This document shows, piece by piece, positions 36,965 to 47,365 of a DNA stretch of 64,000 nucleotides. The notes below the pieces were generated by a model, which was not told the origin of the DNA, searched no databases, and worked only from the letters and a program-made list of their open reading frames with translations. The stretch's first letter is position 1. Every line of letters starts with the position of its first letter. The stretch comes from Dipteris shenzhenensis (taxonomy: Eukaryota), in NCBI GenBank assembly GCA_047967505.1, contig CM106538.1. One strand, given 5' to 3'. The translations under genes and the position numbers were made by a program.

Positions 36965-38550
36965 ATGACTACCATTACCGAAAGCAGATATTGTGGTATT
37001 TCTGGTACACTTCAAAATAGAATCTGTGCAAAGATAGAAAAAGAGAACCTTGTGTATCATCAAACATTCTTCTTGCACATCAATCAGATTCTTAGACCTC
37101 CTATTGATACCAATGGCCTATGTCCATTAGAGGTATGTGTCACATATCAGATTCATATTGAAAATTTGAAGACAAAGCTGAAGGATGATCCCCATGCACA
37201 AGTTGTCAACTTTATCATACTCATGTATCCGACACAATGTCCTAGCAAGCAAGATTTTGATCGTCGTGTCAAAGGGAAAATGATTATCAATACTTTGTTC
37301 TTAGAGTCCCACATTTAGCAGAAGCAAAAAGGTAGCTACATATTGAGTTTCCATGCAATCATTATTACAAGACATGTAAGTGTAGTATGTATGCTAGACT
37401 GACTCCTAAGGTGGCAAAGTTGTCCTTTGACCACCACAACAATCACAATGACTATCGAAAGTCGATGTCATGGATTGAACAAGTATGCTTTTATCACAAT
37501 GAGTTTGTTGTACAACTTAAAGAGGATCATTCTACCATCACCCCAAAGTTTTTTTTGTCTTTGTTAAATGAGACTGGGATTTCAACATCTATAAAAGATC
37601 CATCAATGCCAAGTGACAGCTTTAAAGAGTGGGAGGGAATGTTCCAAATTGCATTTCGCATTGGTGAAGTATGCAGTTTTCACAAAGTGGTAGAACTTAG
37701 ATATTGAAGGGCAAAAAAAGGCTGGAAGAGTATGCAACTTGCAAGGAATAAAAGATGAGACTCTCATTAAGTCCACTCTTGGTAGAGTTGTGTTTGGGGA
37801 TCTATATCTTAAATAAATAGGCAATTAGTTTGATGAGTAAGTGGACATCTCTTGTTTTCCTCCTGAGGCTTCCAGTGATTTTCCATTATGCTCTATCTAC
37901 ATTGTTTGTGAAACTTAGTTTTGTGACAGTAAGATAAATTATGCAAGTGTTTTAATGCAGGCATAAAATATATATGAAAATGCAAGAAACAATGATCCAA
38001 CAATTGAACATGCCAGATTGGAATGCAGTTCGGGAGGAGTATCCTGAAAGTAGCAAAATAGAGAGCCTTGCTCCATACTTTAATGTCTTAAAAAGCATGG
38101 TATGTCAAAATCTAGTATGCAAACCTAAATGAAACATATCTTTTATAATGCAAAATTTTTGATGCTCAAAAGAGATGAAATTGTTATTTTGACTACTATC
38201 TTTAGAGACATAGCAAGAAGGGTACTGAGTCTTACCATTATGCCCCCAAGCTTCAAGCAACTCATTGATTGAGCTACCAAAGAAAAAGTGCATCGAACAT
38301 GACAACAATCAATTGTTCTATTTGATGAGATGTTAGAGTTTGATCGGGAGAAGACAATCAAGTTCGATTTTTATTGTGTGACAAACGGTTCTTGTAATCA
38401 AAATAAAGCAAAAAAGATCATGAGTTTGCTTGAGCAATTCATGACAATTGCAATAGCAACAATTTGGCGGGTTGTAATATTTCATTTAGACTTGCAATCC
38501 GAGATGGTGATGAGTGTGAGCAATGAGACAAATGTTGCGGGCGTGACCAC
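36965..38550 (+). pseudogene. Decayed intron-containing gene with a ParB/Srx-like domain, truncated by LTR insertion
   Basis: Joined frames give HIENLK..L...VVNFIIL...YQYFVLRVPHLAEAKR*L...CSMYARLTPKVAKLSFDHHN, matching the ParB layout Y.VI.G.H...A...L...(I)Y...T...A..L...N; putative intron gtaagt 37837 to atgcag 37960. Confidence 0.45.
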
Positions 38551-39540
38551 TGTTATGGATAAATTTGTCTAAGGAAAAAGGCATTAATATGTGTGTGTGT
38601 TTGTATGTGTGGCAATAGTATAATAAAATATGGTGTGCATAGGGCCCAGGGTTGAGGTGGCAGGGCATGACCATGTGCCACTCTTCCACATAAGAGGACC
38701 CATAAGGTGTGTTGTACATAATCCATGGTAGTAATATTATAAAATGTAAGGTGGCATGGATCCTCCATGTGCCACCCCTCCACCTAGGCTGCATTTAGTG
38801 AGATATGGCTCAAAGTCTATGGGAGAAGTAATATAAAATAGGTGGAGATGGATATTATATTGGGTTATTCCCTCCATATAGGATAGGCCCATGTGGGGGA
38901 GGTATAAAGGTTCAAGAGAGCAAGTTAAATAATGGGGAAAGTAGGATGAGATGGCAAGATTCCTTGTGCCAACCCTCGACTTGTCCTCCTAGAGGTTTGA
39001 ACGTATTATAAAATTGGGAAGAGACCAAGGGAGTATCATAGACGTGAGATATGGGGCTTGATTTATGTGGAAAAATGAGGCAAAGGGTTGTCGCACACAA
39101 TTGAGAGTGCGTAACCGCCTAGCCCACATGGGAGACTTTTCCACACACACCATGCATGTGGGAGGATGCATTTATTGGGAGAGACCCCCTCTCTTGGCTA
39201 TAAAAGGAGGGGGCTATTCCTTGATGGGACACGCTCATTCTTGTAAAGCCACCTAGCTAGTACTTTGATTTCTCCTTTCCCTTCCTTTCAAAATAAAGCA
39301 TGGTCCTCTTCCCTTGATGTCTCCATCTTTACATTCCTCCTCCCATAATGTACATGCTTCTCTTCCCCCTCTCCCTTTCCCCTTGTGTCATAGTCTCCCT
39401 CTTCATTCCCTCCCCTTCTAATTCCTTTTCCCCTCCCATGATAACGTTTCGCCCTCACGTTCTCCTTTCCTCTATGGCCCCCGAGCATTGCCATGCTTAG
39501 CCTCTAGCCCCTGGTCCTGATTTCTTTTCCAGCTAATAGA
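38551..39540 (+). mobile_element. 5' LTR, about 990 bp (TG...GA)
   Basis: Highly similar to 57622-58620; tataaaagg at about 39198, aataaa at about 39292; PBS 2 nt downstream. Confidence 0.85.
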
Positions 39541-39542
39541 AA

Positions 39543-39560
39543 TGGTGTGGTTGCTGGGAT
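39543..39560 (+). promoter_or_regulatory. tRNA-His primer-binding site
   Basis: tggtgtggttgctgggat, 17/18 to the recalled complement of the plant tRNA-His(GTG) 3' end TGGTGTGGCTGCTGGGAT. Confidence 0.8.
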
Positions 39561-40086
39561 CAAAATCTCCATGGCTAGTGGTGTAAAACCTGTTAATCCT
39601 ATGACTAGGTGCGGCTCTGCAGCCTCTTCCATACATAGTTCTCTACTTTTGCACCTCCAAACTGTGTACCTTCCCTGTCCCTACGGCCGCAAAACCTTCC
39701 TTCTTTTGCACTTTTAGTCTGCCTGCTTTCTGCTTACGGTTCCTACGTGTATTCTGGCTGGCAAATCTTCTTCTCATATCGGTCGCATCTGTAGAACTGT
39801 AACATCTGTGCTCCTTTTGAGTTCCTGCCCGCGCATTCGATTCGCGCGTCTACTGTGTTCACCTGCATGACAGTTTTTTGGGCTCCTGCATCTTCTGGTT
39901 GCGAACAATTTTCTTGCTTGACACGTCTACTGTGTTCACCCGCGCGACAGTTTTCTAGGCTCCTGTGTCTTCTGGTCACGGACAGTTTTTCTGAGTTTCT
40001 GCAAAACTCTAACAGTAGATCCCGCGCCCCCCCCCTCTCTTCTCTTTCTCTTCTCCTTCTCCTCTCCTCTCCTCTCTTTTTATTAA

Positions 40087-40150
40087 AGAGTAGGATTTGA
40101 ACCCAAGACCTCCCCCTTCACAAAAGAGAGACTTATCATTGGGCCAACAA
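40087..40150 (-). other. tRNA-like motif antisense in leader (copy B)
   Basis: Minus strand: tggcccaatgataag..ctctt ttgtgaa ggggg aggtc ttggg ttcaaat cctac. Confidence 0.6.
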
Positions 40151-40768
40151 GTTGGAAGTGATGAAAATGTAATGATTTTTGTTTATATATTAAAATCTCG
40201 GGAACTGTAACTCTCTAACCGTGGGGAGTTTACTCTTGTTGTAAAAAGCAAAAGTACTTCATTTCATGTGCTCTATTCACATCTCCTGCTAGATTGCCGA
40301 TTCGGAACTTTTCCAAGTCCACTTCACGGATGCACGCCACACGAGGAGGGTGGATATTTATGTCACTTCTCGACGAGTTTAAGGATTTGGTGCCTGGTCC
40401 TCCGCTCATTACGGCTACCAATTGGCAAGATCTCTTTCTTGATCTTCATGTCAACCTTCAATGGCTGATTGTCGAGTGCATTGTTCAAGGAGACGACGGG
40501 TGGGATGATACACCGTGGTTGGTTCAAGGTGAAGAACTATTGATACGCTGGGAGAACTTTGATTTTAATTCTACTTTGTGCAGTGATCTGAGCTACTTGC
40601 TGCTTCGGAGGTAATTAAAAGGGTGTCCTTCATCGAAGGGTGGGATGCTCCCCAAGCTTTGGGGGAGATTTGGTGAATCTGCTTGTTAATTCCTATGGAT
40701 AAGCTCGTCTTGAATGGTTTATTCTCAATCTCACTACAAAGGTTTCTAGGCCTCGGCTATGGTTGGTA

Positions 40769-40993
40769 ATGTTTCGACCAAGGAATCCATTTGTACCCAA
40801 TCAACCTTTTGTGCCTCATTTCGAGCTTCAAGTTGTAATTCTTTTTGGTCTAAAGATAAACTATCAACAAAGGATTGCAAGTTTATTTGGTACTGAACGT
40901 TTGGCTCAAGTGTTGAATTCTCCCCACCCTCTCCTTCTACCTATCTTGGACTACCGAGAAACTTGGGATGTCCGAATTTTAGTCTTGGTGTGA
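40769..40993 (+). CDS. Accessory ORF2 (74 aa), open
   Basis: Bounded by TAATG (40767-40771) and TGATG (40991-40995). Confidence 0.6.
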   Translation: MFRPRNPFVPNQPFVPHFELQVVILFGLKINYQQRIASLFGTERLAQVLNSPHPLLLPILDYRETWDVRILVLV

Positions 40994-41458
40994 TGACATC
41001 TTGGATCCTTCAATTTGATGGAGCTTACAAACCTTCAACCAAGGTTGTTGGCGTGGGTGTGAAGCTCACTTCACCGGGTGGTGAGGAGTATTGTTATAGC
41101 AAGTCTACACCTGCAAGTATTTGCAATCAAGTTGAGTACTCGATGCTCATTTTTGGGCTACAAAAGGCACAAGAACATCACGTCAAGCAACTTGAGGTGC
41201 AAGGAGATTCTCAACTAGTGTGTGAGCAAGTTAGTGGAAGGTGGAAGGTTGCGGAGCAAAGGCTTGGTTCCATGACATCAACAAGCATTGGAACTTTGCA
41301 ACCAATTTGAAGAGGTAAAAATTCAGCATATCCCTTGAGCTCGAAATCTAGTTGCTGATTTCTTGGCACATGAAGCTTGTACTTCAATCACGCATGACGC
41401 GAGTGGAAGCACTACCCCAACAAAGCCGCAAGCCACGAAGGAGGGTGATCATTTGTAA
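40993..41458 (+). pseudogene. Archaeal-type RNase H (copy B), frameshifted
   Basis: FDGA, NQVEY, QGDSQLV, ADFLA motifs; +1 insertion near 41250 and TGA stops. Confidence 0.85.
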
Positions 41459-41594
41459 GGAATGCAAAGGTTGTGGTCATCATGAAACTAAGTGTTGGGC
41501 ATATTTGATACGAGTTTACCGACTTCGAAAGATCATCAAAAAGGTCCTCAAGGACATTGCTCAAAAGAAGGATACCAGACCGCACACCCCTTAA
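41394..41594 (+). CDS. Small CCHC zinc-knuckle ORF (copy B)
   Basis: CKECKGCGHHETKC, open reading frame of the same length as in copy A. Confidence 0.6.
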   Translation: MTRVEALPQQSRKPRRRVIICKECKGCGHHETKCWAYLIRVYRLRKIIKKVLKDIAQKKDTRPHTP

Positions 41595-41963
41595 AGAAAT
41601 AGCATGGCGACTACAAGAACTGGAAGAAGCTGAAGGTGATGTGCAAGCTCTCCAACTGTTGACATTTGTCATGGCATTCTTGTTTGCCTTGATGAACAAC
41701 CTCATGTAGCGCCGTGTCTCTAACCCTCGCTTGTAAAGATGGATGTGATATCATGAGGGTTGGTCCTTTTAAGATTGTTTATGTGCTATTCTATGCTGAA
41801 GATTCTTCCCGTGTAGTATTTCACAATACACCAGTCACACCCTACCCTGCCTATGTGTGCTTTGTGGATGTATCTTCACCCGATTTTCAGTTCAAGCTTC
41901 CTTTTTCTATTGTTTGTCCATAGATAAGCCTCGTCTTGTCTCTCTCTTTTCCATCTTCCAAGC

Positions 41964-44900
41964 ATGGCTGACATTCCCGTGTTTTGTGGATGGGTGGAAG
42001 AAAATCCAAATGAGTATCTTGTGGCCTTCAAGCGCCGTTGTGTTTCTCTCAACTTTCTTACTGAAGACAGATGGCTGTTGGTTCTTCCCACATTTCTAGA
42101 GGGTTTGGCTCAAGTGTGGTATGAGAAGCAGGCCGAAGACGTTCGCCAAAGCTGGCCAAGGTTGACAGCAGCAATGATTGAGTATTTTGGCAAAGAAGAG
42201 GAGTCGAAGAATGTGTACCTGCAGGTGGCAAACTTGAAGCAGTCAGAAGGTGAGACGGCGTGTCGATATGTGGATCGAGCGGCCGTGCTCCTGGACCGTT
42301 TAATTGCCACGCAGGAGGACAATGCCGGATTTTGAGCTGGAATGACTCAGCATGTGTTGGGCTACCTTATAGCAGGAGCAAGTGACAAATTCCGCCTCAA
42401 GTTTAAATGGGAGAATCCAGAAACTATGGCGCTAGCACATGAGATTGCTCAAAAGTTTGAGAAAGTTCAGTTTGACCCCGCTTCAAAGAAGACGATTGTC
42501 CCTCTGCAACCCCCTCAATTCCTGCAACAACAACCTGGGGGGTCTAACTCAGGGGCATACCCCCACCCCTCATCAGGGATGTATCCACTGCCTCCACCTC
42601 AAATGTATGTTCCTCCCTTAGATGCTTACCGTCAACAAGGTGTATATTCTCACCCTCCGCCTCGAAGATTTCCCGAGCCTTGCCCATGAGCCCCCCTCCT
42701 TTCTACTCCCTCGGCCCCTCCAGCTAAAGAGGCCCCCCCTGCAACAAAACCTGGAGTAAATGACCTAGCCAAGGTCCTGAATGTGATCTTTGGCTTGAGA
42801 TGGTGGGCATCAGAAATCAAGCCAACCACCCTCCTAGAGACCGTGCTAATGTTGTATGCTATGAGTGCCACCAGAAGGGTCATTATCGCACGGAATGTCC
42901 GAATATTCCAAGGGTGAATCTTCTAAGTGAATCAGGCATTAAGGATTCTGATGTAGAGATCCTTGACCTTGGGAAAAGAAGTCGTACCACCTCGGACCCC
43001 TCTCCATCCGGGCCACCCCAGGAAGAAGGTGTCCTTCTCAGAGCCCTCAGATGCTGAGATGGCAGACCCACCAACAGAGAAGACTAAAAGATCCCGTAGG
43101 AGTAAGTGGTCGCCCTTGGATTTTCCTATCGGCTTGGGGCAAGAAGACTATTCGGTCGTTTAGGACCTTGCTCACCATTCTTTGAGCATCACGCTCCCTC
43201 AACTAATAGCATTAAGCCCTAAGGTGAGACGTGAGCTGTAGCAAGGGCTCTCAACAAGGAGGAGCAAGAAAAAATGAAAGGTACAAGAGGTATCTTCTAT
43301 CTCTGAAGAAATTGATCGGCACCCACATACAATCAATGTCATCATAGATAATTGCCGTGTCAAAAATATGTGTGCTGATGGGGGAGCTGCATGTAATATC
43401 ATGGTGCCCCGAATCATGATGAAATTGAATTTGAAATGTACAAGGCATTCCTCCACTCGAATCAAGGTAGCAGATGGTCGACGACTTGCCACCCTGGGAG
43501 TCATTGAGGATTTGCCCATCACTATCAATGGGTTGACCACCACCGTCAATTTCTATGTAGTGGACATTGAAGATACAGGTAGGAGTTACCCAGCCATACT
43601 CGGGAGACCATGGTTGAGAAAGAGTGATGCAATCAACTATTGGAAGACAAGACACATGTCTTTTGGTGCTTCTAAGGAGAAGATCCCGGTGCAACCAGGT
43701 GCCACAGAACCAGAAGAAGAAGAGGAGCAAGACAGTGATACTCTCTCATCCTCGGTGTTTGAATCAGTGGAAGAATCAGACAAGGGGGAGGAGTTCTCAA
43801 AGGAGGAAGTTTACATGATGGGGGTGTCTCCGACCCCACCACCTGCAGAAAAGGTAATAGCTAGTCCTCAATAGCTTGAATCTATGCTTTCCCCAGACCT
43901 CACTCCAAGTGAGAAAGATGAGTTCCTAGAAATGTTCAAAGATTTCCCTGACCTTTTCGCAACTAGCTACCGCCACCTTTGCCATGTGACTGCCATAAAA
44001 CACAAGATAGAGTTGAAGCCTGATGCGAAGCCTGTGGCTCAGAAGTATCGGAGATTAGGGCCCCTACAGACCGATGCTTTGCGCTCAGAGTTACAGAAAC
44101 TTGTAGAAGCTGGGTTTATTGTTCCGGTTCACAATACTGAATGGGTTTCACCAGTGGTAGTCACCCCAAAGAAAAACAACAAGTGACGGGTCTGCATCGA
44201 CTATAAGAAACTCAATGCGGCCACCAAGAGGGATCATCATCCTCTTCCCTTTCAAGACCTCATTCTTGAGAAGGTAAGTGGTCATGAGATGTATACTTTC
44301 TGTGATGGTTACTCTGGGTTTTATCAAATCAGTATTGCCGAAGAAGATGTGCTTAAAACCACATTTGCCACACCTTGGGGGACATTTGCATTCAAAGTAA
44401 TGCCATTTGGCCTCACCAATGCCCCTGCTACCTTTCAAAGATTTATGTAGATGGTGTTTGCTCCTTATTTGGGGGATTTCTTGGAGGTATTTTTAGATGA
44501 TTTTGTATATTCTCATCACGTAAGGAGCACGTCATGAAGGTTGGATTGGCCTTCCAAAGGGTCAATGATGTGAATGGCAGTCTCAACCCTCAGAAATGCA
44601 CCATTGGAGCCACTCAAGGGAGGTTACTGGGACATATTGTCTCATCTGAGGGCGTCAAGCCTGACCCCGAGAAGGTAGAAGCCATCCTCAAGCTCTCCCC
44701 ACCAACAACCAAATGTTAAGTACGCTCATTTGTCAATCTAGCAAGATACTATCGCCGCTTCATTGATCAATATGCTACTTTGACACGACCCATGACTATG
44801 CTATTAAAAGATGGGGTTGATTTCTCTTGGGATGAGGATTGTGATCATGGGTTTGCACAAATTAAGAGTGCTCTTGCTTCAGAACCCATTCTGCGCAATC

Positions 44901-44990
44901 CTGATTGGTCAAAGGCTTTCTATATCAATCCTGGGTTTGGTGAGCACACTCTGGCAGGTATTCTTCTCCAGCAAGGGGAGGATCGCTAAG
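41964..44990 (+). pseudogene. gag-pol remnant (gag, CCHC, protease, RT, partial RNase H)
   Basis: CYECHQKGHYRTEC; CADGGAACNIM...AILGRPWL; RT at about 43900-44760; ALASEPILRNPDWSKAFYI; several stops and frameshifts. Confidence 0.92.
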
Positions 44991-47365
44991 ACGTTGGATT
45001 GAAAGGTGAAAATTTTGATATAGACTCAGTCACAAGAGCCTCAACCTCTAGAGATATTGAAACTCGATTTTATGGAGCCAGGTGACACTTGGGAGAGGTG
45101 GAGAAAGAGAAAACAAGTGAGACACGAGTAGAAAAGCTTAGATCGAGGAGGATCATGGAGATGACCTAGATGAAACATATGGTAGAATTAAGTAGATAGA
45201 AGATGTGTATTTCTATTGAGTAGATGGAAACATGACTTAGATGATGCATCTAGTACAATTGAGTGGAAAGAAAGATCTGGATTTCTATTGAGAGTTTTGT
45301 AAATATGTTTGGCCTGAATATGAGTTCTTGAGACTTTTGTGAATCTGTATGCTTTGAATATTTAAGCAAGGAGGCATTAAGCTTACTTCATTATCTTGAT
45401 AGCACTTTTCTATTCTTTTTGTAAGTTATGTCTGGTTTGGATAGCATTGAGTAGAATATACTCTACTATGTGCAACAACCTAACATGTATCATGTGGTCT
45501 TTTAAAAGAAACACAAAGATCAAGGGAAGGGAAAAAATTCCAGACTTAGAGATTACATAGAATAGATTGATATTTTGAGATATAGTAGAGGTCCTTATTA
45601 ACTTGTGGGCATGATGTTTGAAAATTGCATGAATTTAAGAAGTTTTAAAAATTTAACTACGCAAAATATGACTATATTTTGAAAAAGTTATAATTTTAAT
45701 TATTTTTTAAAGGGAATCTTAAAATGGGTACCAATGTTACGTGCCCAAAATAGATGCTACACTATTCAATGTTTTAAGCCCGCAATGAAGTAGCTCCATA
45801 CATATGGAGTGCATTTTCTAAAAATAATTTGCTTTCCAACCAAATAAGGAAAAAGTTATCGAGTGTGCCCCCAAATGTATGCACATGATTGTAGTGCAAT
45901 ATTGGACACCCCCTAAACCATAGCAAAGGTTATCAATTCATTGCCTCCTCTGGTTTGTGGGAAGCTCAAGTAGTACACTTTTCAACTGAACAATTGCTTC
46001 CATATATGTGTGGAACAATTATCAGATGTTTTTAAAATAATTTGAATATCCTATATAGTCCAAGATACATCCTTCATAGGCATAGTAGCATTTATAATAG
46101 TTTAACGATCTCATTCAAGATGCCGATCGTGTAACTATGTAATGTTTTGATTTGATCTCACATTCAAGGATTAGTTTAGGCAGCCAATTTGTCAATTTCC
46201 ATCGAGCAACACATAAGTTACAAATTGAGCAAGTTATCCATATGCAATATATTCCCTAAGCTTCACAAAAAATGCCTACGTGCATTCATGCATTGGCCCT
46301 ATAGGCAGGCACAAACTTTAGGAAGAGTTGTTACAATTGAGAGTGTCATGTGTCCCTTGTATGTCTGATTGAGATTGGTTGATGTTGCTAGACTATCCTA
46401 GAAAGCACCCTTAGGTGTTAGGGAGGGAGAATTTAGAAGATAGTAATTACATGTATAAGAAGAAGTGGGCTAGGAGCCCTAAGCTTGGTTGTGGGAGGGG
46501 GCCATGATATTCCTAGTCACATATGGTTAACCAATTGCAATGACCCATTATGGATTAGCACTATTTAGTGGTCTATCTGCAGCCTTTGAATCAAGTTGGT
46601 GATCGGTAGCTTTTGGGTTGGCTTGGACTATAATGACATTATTGGGCTACCCACTTTGATATGATAATTAGCTACTATTGGAACTTGTTAGTATTTTAAA
46701 GAAGATCAACAACGTAAACTAAATTACTATAGTGATATTAGCTCTAACAAGTTGTCTATTGGCTCAATTAGTGAGAGATAAGGTTCAAAATTGACTCAAA
46801 AAGGTTGTGATTAGGCCATCCCCAAGACTTTGGGTATGATGATCGAATTGGGGTTCCATAGAATTCCAAACCCATGGATAGTATGATGCCTTCTGAATGA
46901 ATGTATGTTGGACCCCTATTCTTATTCGAGATCAAAAGGTGAAGGCTTCATGCAGGTGTTGCAAGGAGATACAACTAGTGGGGTTCTGAGGCATCATCTC
47001 ATAGCATCACCACCATTACAAGAGAAAGTCTTCTTATGATGACACGAAGCTTGTGAGTTCCGAAACGGATGGAACAAATGTATGCCATGTATGAGCAGAA
47101 AGACCGGAGTACATGCGAGCGATGTTCAATGTATGCCATGTACGAGGACAGAGAGGGAGTACACGAGAGTGCTTAAAATTTGAAACCTACTTGTTGTCAA
47201 CGGCTAGCATAAACGAGATGAGATTAAGGAAGGATTAGTGCTAATGAGGGTAGAAACCGGTTTTAGTAGAAGGGGCCAAGGTTCTTCCTTTCCCGCTCTG
47301 CTGCCTCAATTGTGCCTCGCGAGCTCTCTTCTCTGTCCATCAAGCTCAAGCTCAAGCTCCCAGCT

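Larger units (their letters stand above)
38551..44990 (+). mobile_element. Gypsy family with accessory-ORF chain, copy B: 5' LTR, PBS-His, leader, accessory ORFs, aRH, gag, PR, RT, start of RH; 3'-truncated
   Basis: See sub-features; RT motifs WVSPVVVTPKK, DGYSGFYQI, MPFGLTNAPATFQR, FLDDF point to a non-chromovirus (Athila/Tat-related) lineage. Confidence 0.92.

Noticed and set aside
39441-39460. LTR end at ATAAC(A/G) with a minus-strand PPT-like tgagggcgaa
   Set aside because: It mirrors the TGTTAT start, but TATA, poly(A) signal, the 18-nt PBS at 39543 and gag-pol all indicate + orientation with the end near 39540; not fully excluded without TSD-bounded copies
39543-44990. Endogenous caulimovirid (suggested by the polycistronic layout)
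   Set aside because: It has LTRs and Gypsy-type gag and RT motifs; no movement-protein motif was seen
44990-45800. Possible hAT transposase tail and subterminal region
   Set aside because: Only compositional resemblance; no TIR, TSD or catalytic motif found
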